Part shown: piece by piece, positions 35,051 to 47,589 of the stretch
Position numbering within the stretch: position 1 is the stretch's first letter
How the letters are laid out: every line of letters begins with the position of its first letter
From: Folioceros fuciformis
Taxonomy: Eukaryota
Direction of reading: 5' to 3'
Assembly: GCA_049999805.1 (NCBI GenBank)
Contig: JBNGIO010006169.1
Coordinates: forward strand, 1 to 53,353
Length of the DNA: 53,353 nt
Program-made: the position numbers and the translations under genes
The notes under the pieces: model-generated
What the model was told of the DNA's origin: nothing
What the model saw: only the letters and a program-made list of their open reading frames with translations
Databases searched by the model: none

Positions 35051-36640
35051 CCTACTCAGGAAGCGCTGTAGCTGGCTTGTATGTGCCTGCTGCTGCCTTG
35101 CAGTAAGGAATCTTATCTCGGCGAAGAAACTGTTTTTCCCACCGGTAAAAGGGCCCCCATCTGTGTTTGCTGTTTCCAGTTGAATGCATACTCGTCCATG
35201 ACAGATTACGATCAAGAACTGAAGACAACAAGTGTGACATGTTGTTCGTGTCCCTTGCCAGTTGCTTCACCTTTCTGGTCCTTATCCTCGGGTGGCAGAG
35301 GCAGAAACCCAGGCCCAGGCCCAGTCCCAGGTCCGTCCTGTTTCTAAGAGCTTTTCGGCATTTTCTGCGTGTGTAACAGGTCGGTGTAAAGAGCATATTG
35401 GGCTACATCCTGCTTCTGAGCGTACAGTAAGCGTGAGCATGTGACGACAACCTGAACACTAGATGCAGAACATCTGTGACGACGGACACCGTCTTCCTAG
35501 GCCCACATCCTTGGACAAACAAGGCAGCAGTATCCTGTCCAAAGTCTGCATCTCTGACAAGAACGATCTGCCTGCTTGCGCTCCAACTCCTGAGTCTCAC
35601 TTACAAAATGTTCGTCATGTGTTCAGTTCCTCCGCATCTTCCAGGACGTTTCAAAGCTTTCTATCTCCTGGACGAGGCACGCCATCAACTCTGCACCAAG
35701 GTTCGAGCTGCCCCTTCCCGGGCATTCCCTTTGGGTTCTCAGAACTGCCTCGTTTTAACGGGCATCTGAAATTAATGTACAGGGAACATCGGAGCCAGAC
35801 CCGGGCTGCCGCTCACTTACCATTTTCTAGACGACTGTACTGCAAGCATGTCGAAGCCAATTCTTTATTCTTTGCTGGCCTAGCCACCGTGCAGCAATAA
35901 CAATTCGGACCACATTGGAGTCCGGCTATGCAGATTGGACAACTTTCCATCGTACAAGCTTATGTCACTAATGGACCCCAGGGTGGGAAGAGGGGCTTGA
36001 GGATCCCGTCACAAAAGCCTGAAGATCCCGTTATTCTGTCAACAGCGGGCCTCCAATTGACTTTATTATTATTTGATTCCCAAAGAATCAAGCCAAGGGG
36101 ACTTGCACCTTCGACGCCCACATTTTCTATTCCAAATGGGTTTGCCCAAGATCTGCCTTGGAGTATGCGTTCTTTCCCACAGCGACCATTTGGCCCAGAT
36201 TTCGCACATCGCTCTGTGTGGCTTTTTCTTTTTCAACTTTTTCTCTCCCAAAGCAGTATCTAGCCGGAGCACACAGGACACCCTTCGTTGTGACTTCATC
36301 AAGGCCAGATAGCCAGGATAATAAAATTTTAACCCCCTAAAGGACAAACTTACTCAAAAAATTCAGTGACTTGTAGTTGTGAGACATTTTTGGCCCGATT
36401 GTTCATGGAACTCCATCAAAGCTCATGACTTTATGTTTTCTTCGTTGTAAGAGAGTCACTTAGCTAACATGTTTGCATATTAATGTATTTGAAAGCTAAT
36501 AAAGACCTTAAAATCTACCCAAAATGACACCACGCCATTCCCCAAGGCATCCTTCTCTAGGACGGTCCGGGATGTGATGTGAAAGGGTAGCGTTACCGCT
36601 ATGCACAAGCTGGGTAAGCTTTCATGAAATTGAAAAGCTT

Positions 36641-39600
36641 TCAAAATTGGGACAAGGACTTGAAATAACCACGGGCCTTGGCATCGTGGAGAAGACATCG
36701 CCAGAGCGAATGTCTTTCCAGAGTTCGAGCATGGCCCACGATGATCAGAGCATGTTTAGCTCTGGTGAGGGCCACACACAATCGGCGAGGATCTGTCAAA
36801 AACCCCATGCCACCTCCAGCTCCAACTCCAGCTCGAACACAAGACAAGATGATGACATCCTTCTCCCGACCTTGGAATCCATCCACTGTATCCACCTCAC
36901 ATGTCATCCTGTCCTTCAGTCGAATTTTAGCTAGTTCTTCGGTGATGGTTCTCTTCTGTGCAGCATACGGTGTGATGACTCCCAAACTGGCCTTCACACC
37001 GTGCGTCAACCCATTCATGACACCTCCAGCAATGCCTGCCACTACAGAGGCTTCTTCCCTGTTGAGCAAAGAGGCGCTGCCGCAATCTTTCTGCTGGGTT
37101 CCCCAGTTCACGTCCAGAAAGCAAAGTCGACCCAACTCGAAGTTATAACCACATGAAGACATCCGTTGGTGCCTTGTTTCCCATCTGAAAATGCTTTTCA
37201 TCCTATGCACTTCCTCTGCATTCTCCAGCAAGTTGTCGTAAAACTGGCTGGAAGGAAACTGAGAGATATCAGGATGCATCCTGTACTGCATTCTCAACAA
37301 CTGGACAGGAACCCCTGCATCTTGCATTCTCTCGAAGAGGCTCCTTGAAAAGGGAAAGGCTGCGTGCACCCATGGGGCTTTGGTAAGAAGCAACCTTGAG
37401 CAGTAGTGAAAGCCGATCACAGTGCATAAGGACCCTTACCAGGCTGCTGCATGACCGTGGCAGGCAGTTGCCGTGGATCACCGACAAGGATGCAACGACC
37501 TGCAACTTTCTTCAAGGCTATGATGACTTCGGGCTCAGCAGCTTGGGCAGCCTCATCTGCCAAGCAAGGCTCACCTGTTAGCATGGCCACAAATATGCTA
37601 CGAGCAACATCGGATCCTGTATGCGTGACATAAAGACAGGTTGATCCACCCACCAATAATGGCCAAGTTGAACTTGTGTTTCAGTTCATCAAGTTGTGCG
37701 TGCCCACTCCCGCTCAGCGTTGAGCAAACCACAGATGCATTCTTCAAGGTACACTCAATAGCAAGAGCTCTAGAACGAGCATCTTTCTGAAGAAGCAGAA
37801 CATGGTCCAAGTACACATCTAAGCAGTCCTTCCGCACTTTAGCCTTCGGGCCAACACGCACAACAACTCCTGGCGCTGGTGACTGCAGCTTGCCAGATCG
37901 GTCCACCATTTCATGCATAAGTCGTGAAACTACTTCATCCAGAGCTTGATTTGAGCTCGCACAGATCAATATTCTAGCGCTGCAACAGTCACCAAGTATG
38001 AGAGGGAGTGTTGCCCATCGCTTGAGAGCAGAACACAATCAACAAAACTTCTTACCCTGGTTCTTTGATTAGGAAAGCTGAAACCATTCCTGTTAACAAG
38101 ACAATAACCCCACACGACCATTTAGAGAGAATTCACAAAAAGGCATCATGAAGAAAAATACTGACAGATGCGCTTGAAAAGTTACATACCGACTATGGTT
38201 GTTGTCTGCACAATGCAAACACATTACCAAAAGTTCAGACAAATCTCGTTAAGCTGTGATATACTAATGTGAATACAATTGTACCGAGTTGATGTTTGAA
38301 CAAACCTTCCCAGTTCCAGGTGGACCTGTAGAGAGCAAATTGGCGAGTGAGTACTGCATTCATCCAAGATAGTTTATTAAGACAAAGAGAAATGTCACAG
38401 AATCAAACCTTGAACAAGAAAGAAGCCCTCCTGCAAATTCAACGCAGTTGTGATAGCTGACAGCTGGAATTCGTTGAAGATTCCTCTGTCCTCCCAGTCT
38501 TTTAGGAAAGAGACAGGAGAAGATACGATGTTGAAATAACGGGGACATAAAATTTGATTATATAGCGATCGATGTAATACTGGCAGAGATGAAACAGCCA
38601 CAAACATCCGCTTCATGGTGACCATATTGTTAACCTTCAAGACCAGACACTGCGCAGCAATGAGTTCAGTTAGTGTTGCCTCCAATAAACAGGTCAATGG
38701 CCGACAAGAAAAATAACATCCAACCTGTGGAGGACAATTTGCCCATGGTTCTCTTGTCCGTATCAATGGATTTTTGTCAAATAAGCTCTGCACAATGGCC
38801 ACTCCCTTAATCTCCAGCGTCTGCTGACTTGCCAGGAGCACTATCTCACAAGTCTCAGGAGGCGGGCTCGAGCAAATGTGCCCCTGGATAGTGCAGAAAG
38901 GGCCTTCTTCGTATGGCACGTGTTCAAGGGTCCATGAACTTGAACAGCTCTTCGCCCTCCTAAGAGCTGGAAGAAACTCAACCGTTCAAATAAAATACAT
39001 CAGAAACAATTCACAATGAAGAGTCAAGAAATAGACTGATATATACGAGGGTATACTCACAAGGTAGACGATACGAGGAAGACTGATTCAAATCCAACTC
39101 TTTCCTCAATTTCTCCCAATCATTCCCAAATATACCAGCGCACTCTTCCAGAACCAAGGGTTGGAAAGCAGCCCCATAATGAGAGCCATTGTGAAAAGTG
39201 AGAGGCAACGATGTTGACCCAGAATTATGCTGCTTCACAAATCTGTTGGGCCAGAGTAGCGAACTGAAGATACCGAGCACCAACCAATCGAAACGATCCT
39301 CCAAACTGGCATCAGGTGGTAGAGTCGGAGCTGCCTTCCGAACTGGCCGTCTCTGATTGACTAGTCTTTTCGGCAAACGATCTTCTTGCTTCTTTTGTAC
39401 TTCATTTTCCTCCTCTCCCTACATGAAGTCCACATACCAGTCCTCACGACAGCAGACAACTAAGGACAGCAGACAACCCTAAAGGACACAACCTTAAGGA
39501 CTCAGCACATATCTTTACCTCGTTGCCACTGACAGCACCAGATGTAGACTCTCCAGAGCTAGAACTACTGGAACAAGAAGGTCTAGCCTTCGGACGCCAT

Positions 39601-41175
39601 GTCACAACAGGTTCTTCACAAACGTTAGAATTCAAAACACAGCTAATACTCGAAACATCCCCTCCTTCTCGATCTGTCAAAGCTCCCCCTCGAGTAGTTG
39701 GCTGCTCAAACTCCTGTGCAGGCGTAGGAACTCCTCTGTGCATCTTTATCTGTGAGGGCAAACCAGGAGTCGGCCTAGAGGTCAAAGGTCTCAAACCATG
39801 GTCTTCTCCATTGTCATCACTAACTTCACAATGCTCCGTTGCATTGCATCCCTGACTGCAAATGATATCTTTCTGACAGGCTATCTGTTTCGACTTCGGC
39901 CGTGCCACCACATCAGCTGTGAGTGAACGAGTTCTGATGTCCTTGAAACGAAGGGAGTCATGACGATCCTTGTGATTCTCGCTTTGCCCTTCCTTCGAAG
40001 TATTGCCAGACCTGTAAAACTCCGAAGGTTCATCCCTCTTAACAGGACATGAAGCGACCCGAGGACTTGTGCCACTGTTCTGATCCACAACCTTCAGTCC
40101 ATTTGATTTTGCTGCTGCATCTTTAGTGTCTGGACGGTGTACACCAGAAGCACCAGGAACTGCACCACAATTCTCAGCAACCTTACCCCCTATCGACATG
40201 GCCATTCCAGACCTAGTAGATTCCAAAACCTTAACCTTCTCAGCAGGGCATGAAGCAACCCGAGGAGGCCTCATGCTACTGTACCGATCCACAACCTTCA
40301 CTTTCTCTGATTCTGCTAAAGAATTGTCAGAGTCTCGAGCGTGTAGACCAGTAGCACCTGGAACAATACCACAATCCTGGACGACGTTCTCCCATTTCGA
40401 TGTAACCATTTTAGACCTGTTAAATCCCAAGACCTCATCCTTCTCAACGGGGGATGAAGCAATCCGAGGCCCCATGCTACTAGACTGATCCACAACCTTC
40501 AGTGTCTCTAAATCTTCCCCAGCACTGCGAGCGTCCATCGGTTGTAGATCAACGGCAGTGGGAACAATATCACAATCCTGAACAACATTCTCCCCTTTCG
40601 ATGTCACCCTCACACATTTGTTGTGTGCAAAATCCTTGTCCTTGAAGAAGGAATCAAGAGTTCTCTGCCTCGGCTGTGGAAAGGGCGTAAACTGTCTTTT
40701 TCCCGCTACAATTGGCTCAAGAGTCTCTTTCTCGGAAGGCGTGACACCTTCATCTACACTGTTCCTAGATCTCTTCTTCCCGATCAAACCAGTAGCCGCT
40801 GCAACAGTAGGCACGAGCTCCCCCACCCGTACATCCGCATACTGAAACTGGACCTGCTCAGCCGAAGAGGACGCTGGAGCTTTCTTCGACGTTTCATCAT
40901 CCAGAGCCGTAGGATCATACCCTGCAAGGACGGAAGACATACTAAGATGATGCCTTCCTCATCTGGCATTCACAATACACATGATCAGGATGGAGGTGCA
41001 AGATACCAGCGGGAAAGGCTGGCACAGAAGAATACGCCTGCATCAGAGTCTGAACATGATCTTCCAATGTTGCAATCGCATGTTCCAAACTCTTCACCTT
41101 CTCTTCCCGGACCCTCACTAACTCCTCCAGCGCTTGCCGAGCCGCACTCCTCATCTCTTCATCATCGGAGCTCAT
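36641..41175 (-). CDS. SEN1/senataxin-like Upf1-family (SF1B) RNA/DNA helicase, multi-exon
   Basis: Spliced motifs FFLVQGPPGTGKTTT, ILICASSNQALDE, VVCSTLSGSG, IIDEAAQAAEPE, LVGDPRQLPATV, SLFERM, QYRMHPDIS, GVITPYAAQ, TVDGFQGREKDVIILSCVRA and RRLCVALTRAK. In-frame exons run back to ATG 41175; the true start may lie further upstream. Confidence 0.9.
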
Positions 41176-42297
41176 CTTCCAAGAAAATCCAGGACCCCTA
41201 AACCTGCCACAAAATCACTCCAACTCCAGCTGAACCCACGGCCAAGCCATGTCCAGTACTCTGACCTGCCATCCTCTCAGCCTGCAATGCAGCACATTCA
41301 GTAAACAGAGACACCACTCACCACGACAACTCAACAGAGCTCCACTACGCTGCACGCCATCATGCAAAAGGGTGGGAATGAATTGTCCCCATCCAGGTCC
41401 ACCAACAGAGGAAATAATTTCTTCCAGATCCACAGCTCCAGGCTCTCTACTTCAGGTTTCCTTCTTCCATTCCGAATCCCATGTCACTCTCAACCTGCAC
41501 CAGTCCCACAGTTCAGTGATCCGACCGAAGTCCTCACCGCCACCAGCCTGAAGCTTTCACAAGCAGCAGCCAGGCACGAAAATCCACCACCTGCTCCAAG
41601 ATTCCTGCAATCTTCCTAACCACAAGAACAAAGTCCAGGAGAAAACACCCCTTCCATGCAAACAGCATTGCAGTTCAGCACATCCAGACAGCACAAAGAT
41701 CGCGCACCGATGCAGCTCACCAGAGCAGCTCTCCGCCGCTGCAACATGTGAAGGCAGAGAAATGGCCGACAGCGCAACGGAGTACACCTCGTTCCAGACG
41801 CGAGATCCAGAGCCAGAGATGTTGCACCGTTTTCCGCCTCATTCAGACGTTCGCGATCCAGACTCATCCCAGCAAAAGGGCGGGAACCCATATGGAAGGA
41901 AACGCCCAAGTGCCAGGTGGGGCCTGCTCCACCTTAAACCTGGTGACCACTAACCGTTGACGGTTAATTGTAACCACAGTTAGCGCTCGGGCTGACGCAA
42001 AAGCCAGGCAGGCAGGCGTGAGATCAGGAAGCGACGCGCAACCAGGGCAGGCGGTCGCTTGCTGGCGGCCACTGCCCTGTTGCTGCCCTTTGTTGTCGAG
42101 TTTGTGATAAAACACAAAAACTCGCAGGAAGGAAACTCATACACTGAAACTGTCACACATTGCAAGGCTGCAGGTTCGATCCATCACGATCCTTGAGCAA
42201 ACTAGCTTCGAATTCTTCTTCTCCAACTTCTTCCTCTTCAACTCTTGTTTGTAAGCAATGTTTGGTACTAGAACATGCAAACTTGGTTCTTGCAGAG

Positions 42298-42973
42298 ATG
42301 GTGAAAGCAAGGTCTTCCAGGAGCAGGTCTACAAGTAGGGGAAGGTCCAAGGGCAAGAGCAAGGCCTTGGGTGTGAGAAGGATAGGAGGAGCCCCTAAAG
42401 CCCGCACCAGGCAAACAAAGGGGGCTACTCGAGGCAAACCTAAAAGGCCAATGGGCCCTTACATGTTCTTTGTGAAAGAGAATAGGGCAGATCTGAAAAG
42501 GCGTCATCCCAATGTTTCCTTTGGGCAACTGGGTCGCATGCTAGGGCATCAATGGAGTAGATTGACGGACAAGGAAAAGAAGGTGCTGCATTTGACCTTT
42601 ATATTTCTAGTGCCTACATTCTTGTCTCTTCTTCCATCTATTGTCATGTCCTATCTTATCCACCTATTCTTCCATAAGAGATACTCCAACTAAGACCTTA
42701 TTGATGTGTATATGCAGCCCTACGTTGCTGCAGCAGAGAGAGACCGCAAAAAGTAAGATTTCAAGCCTTGTGTTACTTAATAGGGTTTGATCAAGGGATT
42801 GAAAAACTGACATGTCTTTCACAAATTTTCATAGAGGAAAGACTGGAGGACGATCTAGAACCACTACAGCTGCTCCAGCATCTTCAAGCGATGAGTCCTT
42901 GTCTATATCAGGTTCTCCTTCAGGATCAAGAGGATCCGCTTCTGGATCTGCATCGGGATCAGCTTCTGAATAA
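42298..42973 (+). CDS. Single HMG-box chromatin protein (NHP6/HMGB-like); exons 42298-42582, 42718-42752, 42835-42973
   Basis: PKRPMGPYMFFVKENRADLKRRHPNVSFGQLGRMLGHQWSRLTDKEKK|PYVAAAERDRK, with an Arg/Lys/Ser-rich N-terminus and a Ser/Gly tail. Confidence 0.85.
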
Positions 42974-43189
42974 ACATATCTTCACATGTCAAGTGATTGG
43001 AGCTTAGTTAAGTGTTTAACGTTCACTCAACGTTGGAAGATTGATGAGCACAACTCCTTGATGTCACTAACTATGTATTACTCTTGGCTCTCTAACACCA
43101 AGTAGGGTCAAAGGCTTAAAGTATAGTAGTTTGTTTGTCATCTAGATCAATTTTAGAATTCTTGTAGCAACAATTATTATTTTGTCACA

Positions 43190-43640
43190 TGCACATTCAT
43201 TACATATAGGAAGTGCCTATTTTTTTCATTGAAAGAATAAGTAAGATTCTACTACATTCAAAAAGTAGACATGCAATCTTTTATTGTCAAATTTGAAGCA
43301 TTCTATCACATGCATAATGTGTTTTAATTTTTTTTACTTAAAAAAAAATTCTAAAGACTATATCATATAAAGATGCTTTGTATATTAATATCATACAGTA
43401 GTTTTTATATAATATAAAATAATAACATATTTAATATGATTTATTATTAGAGATATTTTATATAATTATATAACATATTTAACACACTTGTAAATATAAA
43501 AGAAATAAATACTCACAAAGGTCTGAAATTAGCTGTTCCAATGACATTTAAAAGTCCTTGGATTTTGTTTTGTGATTAACATATTAAACTAATATCAATA
43601 AAAATTAATATTTATAAATGATATCTATGAAGAATAACTT
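43190..43640. other. Strongly AT-rich intergenic tract
   Basis: Long A/T runs contrasting with the ~50% GC surroundings. Confidence 0.8.
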
Positions 43641-43954
43641 ATAATTGAAATCCGACAAATATGGGCTATTAATCTCTCTCCCCCCATCCATGACGTCTCC
43701 GTTCGATTTGCAGGAAGAAAGAGGAAAATAATTTGCAAATACAGATGGTAATAATCTGGGAACTGGAAGCCAGTGTGAGGTAAGGATTTCTGAATCGCTC
43801 GAGGTGGTGAGACGAGCATTCATGATCCACTGGGCTAATGGCAGGGCATCCGAGGCCACACTCCCAAGAACTGGGTGCAAACGACAGGACAAACAAAATT
43901 GTGGATAGCATGTTATGTAACAAGAATGCCGGAAGACCTCAAGTGAGGTTGCCT

Positions 43955-45478
43955 TCAGAAACGTTTTTTCACATACGAGACTAGCCCATGGACGTTGCCC
44001 TCTACCTGGGCAGCACCAGTCCGTACTTCCAGTCTGATTTCATCACAGTACAGCTGACGGTGAGCATCCTGGACAGTCTTGATTCCCATATCCTGGAATC
44101 CTTGCTTCACTGCATGTAAAGTATAGGGTATCAATCTCATCACCGAACCCTTGTCAGCCACTGCTCCTGAAACCCCCTGGGCAACCTTTAGACGAGACTT
44201 GTCCCCAAAGTAACGAGCATCGCTCCCTTTAGCTTGAGCCTCCAAGGAGCCCATTCCCCTGTAGGCCTTGAGTCGGGCACCGTCCTGGTAGAAATACTCA
44301 CCAGGAGCTTCTTCAGTTCCCGCAAGAAAACTACCCATCATGACAGTGGAAGCCCCAAACACAAGGGCCTTCACGATGTGCCCTGAATTGGAGATGCCAC
44401 CATCGGCAATGACTGGGACTCCTGATTTGCTGGCTGCCCGTGAAGTCTTGTACACTGCTGTAGCTTGCCCCCTTCCCACTGCACACACTTCCTGAGTTGT
44501 ACAGATGGAGCCAGACCCCATGCCAACTCGGAGTCCATCAGCCCCAGCTGCAATTAGGTTTGCAGCCTGGGATGCAGTCACTACATTCCCCCCGATGACG
44601 TCGATGCCAGGATGAGCTTTCTTCACATACTTCAGCATTTCAGCCTGGTAGATGGAATCTCCTTGAGAGCTGTCCAAGATGATGACATTCACACCTGCCT
44701 CCACCAACAACTGCAGCCTTTCCTTATCAGCCTCCCTGGTCCCGATCGCCGCCCCAACCAGGAGCTTCCCATCAGCTCCCAAAGACGGGCTCCCCATCCC
44801 CGGGTTGGCCAAGCTCCTCTTCAGGTCCGTTCTACATAGCAACTCTACCACCTCCCCCTTCTCGTTCACCAGGGGTAGCAAACTCTTCTTACTCTTCACT
44901 AGGATGGCAGAAGCTTCCTCCAGCGAGCTTCCTGCAGGAGCAGTGACCAAATCCCGTGACATCACTTCGCCCAGCTCAGTAAGCCTATCGCCCACAAAAT
45001 CTGTGTCCCTGCTAGTCACGACTCCAAGCAACCTGGACCCAACATTCCCGCTCTCCGTCACCAGCACCGACGAAAAACCCCTCAACTGCTTCACCATATC
45101 CACATCCTTCACAGTATCGGAAGCCTTGAGGCAAACAGGGTCCGACACAAACCCAGCCCTCTGATTCTTCGCCCGCCTGATGAACTCCGCCTGCTCCCGA
45201 GGCAGATTGTTGTAGTGCACAAACCCGATACCTCCAGCAGCAGCCATAGCCGCTGCCATGGACCATTCCGTCACGGTGTCCATGGGCGAAGAGATGCATG
45301 GCGCCCGCAAGGAGATGTTCCTCGTCAGCTTGGAGGATAATTCCACATCGTCTGTGGGAAAATCCACGTACTTGGGGTGGAAGATCACGTCGTCGTACGT
45401 GTAAGTGAAGCCCTGATTGAAGAGGCGAGAAGCAGGGTACCCGTCGTCCTCCACGTGCACCCCGTTAGCGCCAGCCAT
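43955..45478 (-). CDS. IMPDH: Inosine-5'-monophosphate dehydrogenase, intronless
   Basis: YTYDDVIFHP, SSPMDTVTE, CBS pair, LDSSQGDS, GGNVVT, catalytic loop GMGSGSICTTQEV, IADGGI, YRGMGS and VAQGVSG. Confidence 0.97.
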   Translation of the reverse strand: MAGANGVHVEDDGYPASRLFNQGFTYTYDDVIFHPKYVDFPTDDVELSSKLTRNISLRAPCISSPMDTVTEWSMAAAMAAAGGIGFVHYNNLPREQAEFIRRAKNQRAGFVSDPVCLKASDTVKDVDMVKQLRGFSSVLVTESGNVGSRLLGVVTSRDTDFVGDRLTELGEVMSRDLVTAPAGSSLEEASAILVKSKKSLLPLVNEKGEVVELLCRTDLKRSLANPGMGSPSLGADGKLLVGAAIGTREADKERLQLLVEAGVNVIILDSSQGDSIYQAEMLKYVKKAHPGIDVIGGNVVTASQAANLIAAGADGLRVGMGSGSICTTQEVCAVGRGQATAVYKTSRAASKSGVPVIADGGISNSGHIVKALVFGASTVMMGSFLAGTEEAPGEYFYQDGARLKAYRGMGSLEAQAKGSDARYFGDKSRLKVAQGVSGAVADKGSVMRLIPYTLHAVKQGFQDMGIKTVQDAHRQLYCDEIRLEVRTGAAQVEGNVHGLVSYVKKRF

Positions 45479-45645
45479 GGCTGCGGGGCAGATCAGAGCA
45501 TCACTGGAACCGCTCGACGAGTTTCATACAAGCTTCCTCCACAACTCCAGTGCCCTGGGTAAAACTTCCATAGGTTTTATAATTCGTCTTTTGGATCCTT
45601 CAAGTCTTCTTTTAGAAGCAGGAGCCCGAGCTACGGGGAGCCTAC

Positions 45646-47589
45646 ATGAATACCGCCGTGGCAGCCAGCAACAGCAACAAACTTCGACAGGCCTTCTCCT
45701 ACTGTGTGGAACAAGTCAGGTAGCTGGATAATCTGTGTGTGACCCGACCTTCCCCGGGTTGGAATCTGAATTCTACATCTGTCAGGATTTTCATTGTGTC
45801 CGATCTTTGCTTGGTTGGAGGCTGACTGCCGGGTGGATTTGCAGAAAGTATGACTACGCCAACTATCTTTGTCTGTTGCACTTGCCACCAGAGGTTCGAT
45901 CTGCCGGGTTCGCTCTCCGGGCTTTCAATGTGGAGACTGCCAAAGTAAGTCGGCGAGCTCATCCTTTGGGGATATTCCGAAGGCTTGCTGTCGTAGGACT
46001 CAAAGCTTCGGATGTGTGTAGGTCGGTGAAGTCAGAGAGGCAAATTTGGCTCTGATACGCATGGTGTTCTGGCGTGATGCTGTCGAAGCACTGTACAAGG
46101 TGAGACTGTGGTTCTGTGTGGGTTTGGGGATGCTGAATGTATAGCTGAGCTCAACATCTGATACGAGTACATGTCGTCTTGCCAGCACAAGACTGTTGAG
46201 CATCCTGTGGTTAGGGCTCTTGATTCGGTCATCCATGACCGACGTCTTAGCAAACATTGGTTCAACCGGTTCCTGGAAGCACGGGTGAGGTTTCTTGTTG
46301 CTTATCTTTCCAGCAAATCTTGACTCTCTGTCTCTCTGTGTCTTGGACTTGCTTGAGCTGAGTGTTGTGAATGGATTGGCAGGTGAGTGATTTGGAAACT
46401 ACAGCACCCCCAAGGAACGTTGACGATATTGAGCAGTGAGTATGCTAAGCTTTGGCTTGGGTGGAACTCTTGGAGAGGACGACTATGCCACCGCCATTTG
46501 TTGCTTTGTTTTGTACTGCGGATCTGCCTTCTAGTGAAGCTGTTTTCTTTGGAACTTGGTAGGTATGCAGAAAACACAGCATCTGTACTCCTGTACCTGA
46601 CATTGGAAGCTGCTGGGATACGAACCACGGCCGCGGACCATGCTGCCTCTCACATAGGTGCGTTTCATCTCAACGTTGGGGACCATGGTGGCAGCTGCTT
46701 CTGTAGAAATCCAGGACATCCTGGAGAACTGAGATTTGAGTGTGCAATAGGTAGATTGAGTGTTCAACAAATTGATTGTATTCTACGTATGTCTTCGAAG
46801 ATGTGAGACAGAAGGACCATAGTTCGAGGTTAGGTTCACCTTCTTGTTGCTGCATGTTGCCAGGAACTGGGGATGAACAGTAATATTTGAAAGGGTTGGT
46901 GAGCAGGGAAGGCAGCAGGCCTCGCACTGCTGCTTCGTTCATTGCCATGGCACGCTGCGCGCCGACGGACCTATATTCCTACTGACGTTGCGGCCAGGGT
47001 AATCCTTTTTACCACACGAATTCTGCTGCTGGTATCTCGATCTGTGATTTGTCCATGCAAGTTCTTGCTCACCATGGGGCATGCAATATAGCATGGGTTG
47101 TCCCAGGAAGAGATATACCGTGGTCAAAATCCAGAAGCCATGGCAAATGCTGTGCATGAGGTAACCACAAGTCCGTCCCTGTGTCAAATTCTGCTGATTG
47201 ATTCATCACAAACATGTTGCCTCATTTTCGGCATCACTTTATCACCCCCCATCCTGTTTGTCTGGGCTGTTGCAGGTCGCTTCAGTTGCCAATGCCCACC
47301 TGGAAAAAGCGCGTGTTCTATCAGAAAAGCTATCTGCAGAGGCCAAAGCTGTGCTACTACCTGCGGTATTGCTCTTCTTTGCATGTGTTATCCTTAGGAT
47401 GGAGCTGCCAGGTGATATCCTCTTGAGTCCGTTGCTCCTTCGCAGGTGCCAACAGGAGTGATGCTAGACTCATTTGAGAAGGCCAATTTCAATGTGTATG
47501 ATCCTAAAGTGATCAACGGTGTCTCCGGCGTCTCACCTCTTTGGATGCAACTTCTGTTGAAGTGGAACCATTTCCGGAAAACCTACTAG
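45646..47589 (+). CDS. NDUFAF6: Complex I assembly factor NDUFAF6 (squalene/phytoene synthase fold), about 10 exons
   Basis: Spliced product includes [89 protein letters not shown] and [14 protein letters not shown]. Confidence 0.88.

Noticed and set aside
18229-47589. Terpenoid/carotenoid biosynthetic cluster (BCH + P450 + phytoene-synthase-fold gene)
   Set aside because: The synthase-fold gene is the complex I assembly factor NDUFAF6 and the P450 belongs to a fatty-acid clan; the genes are far apart.
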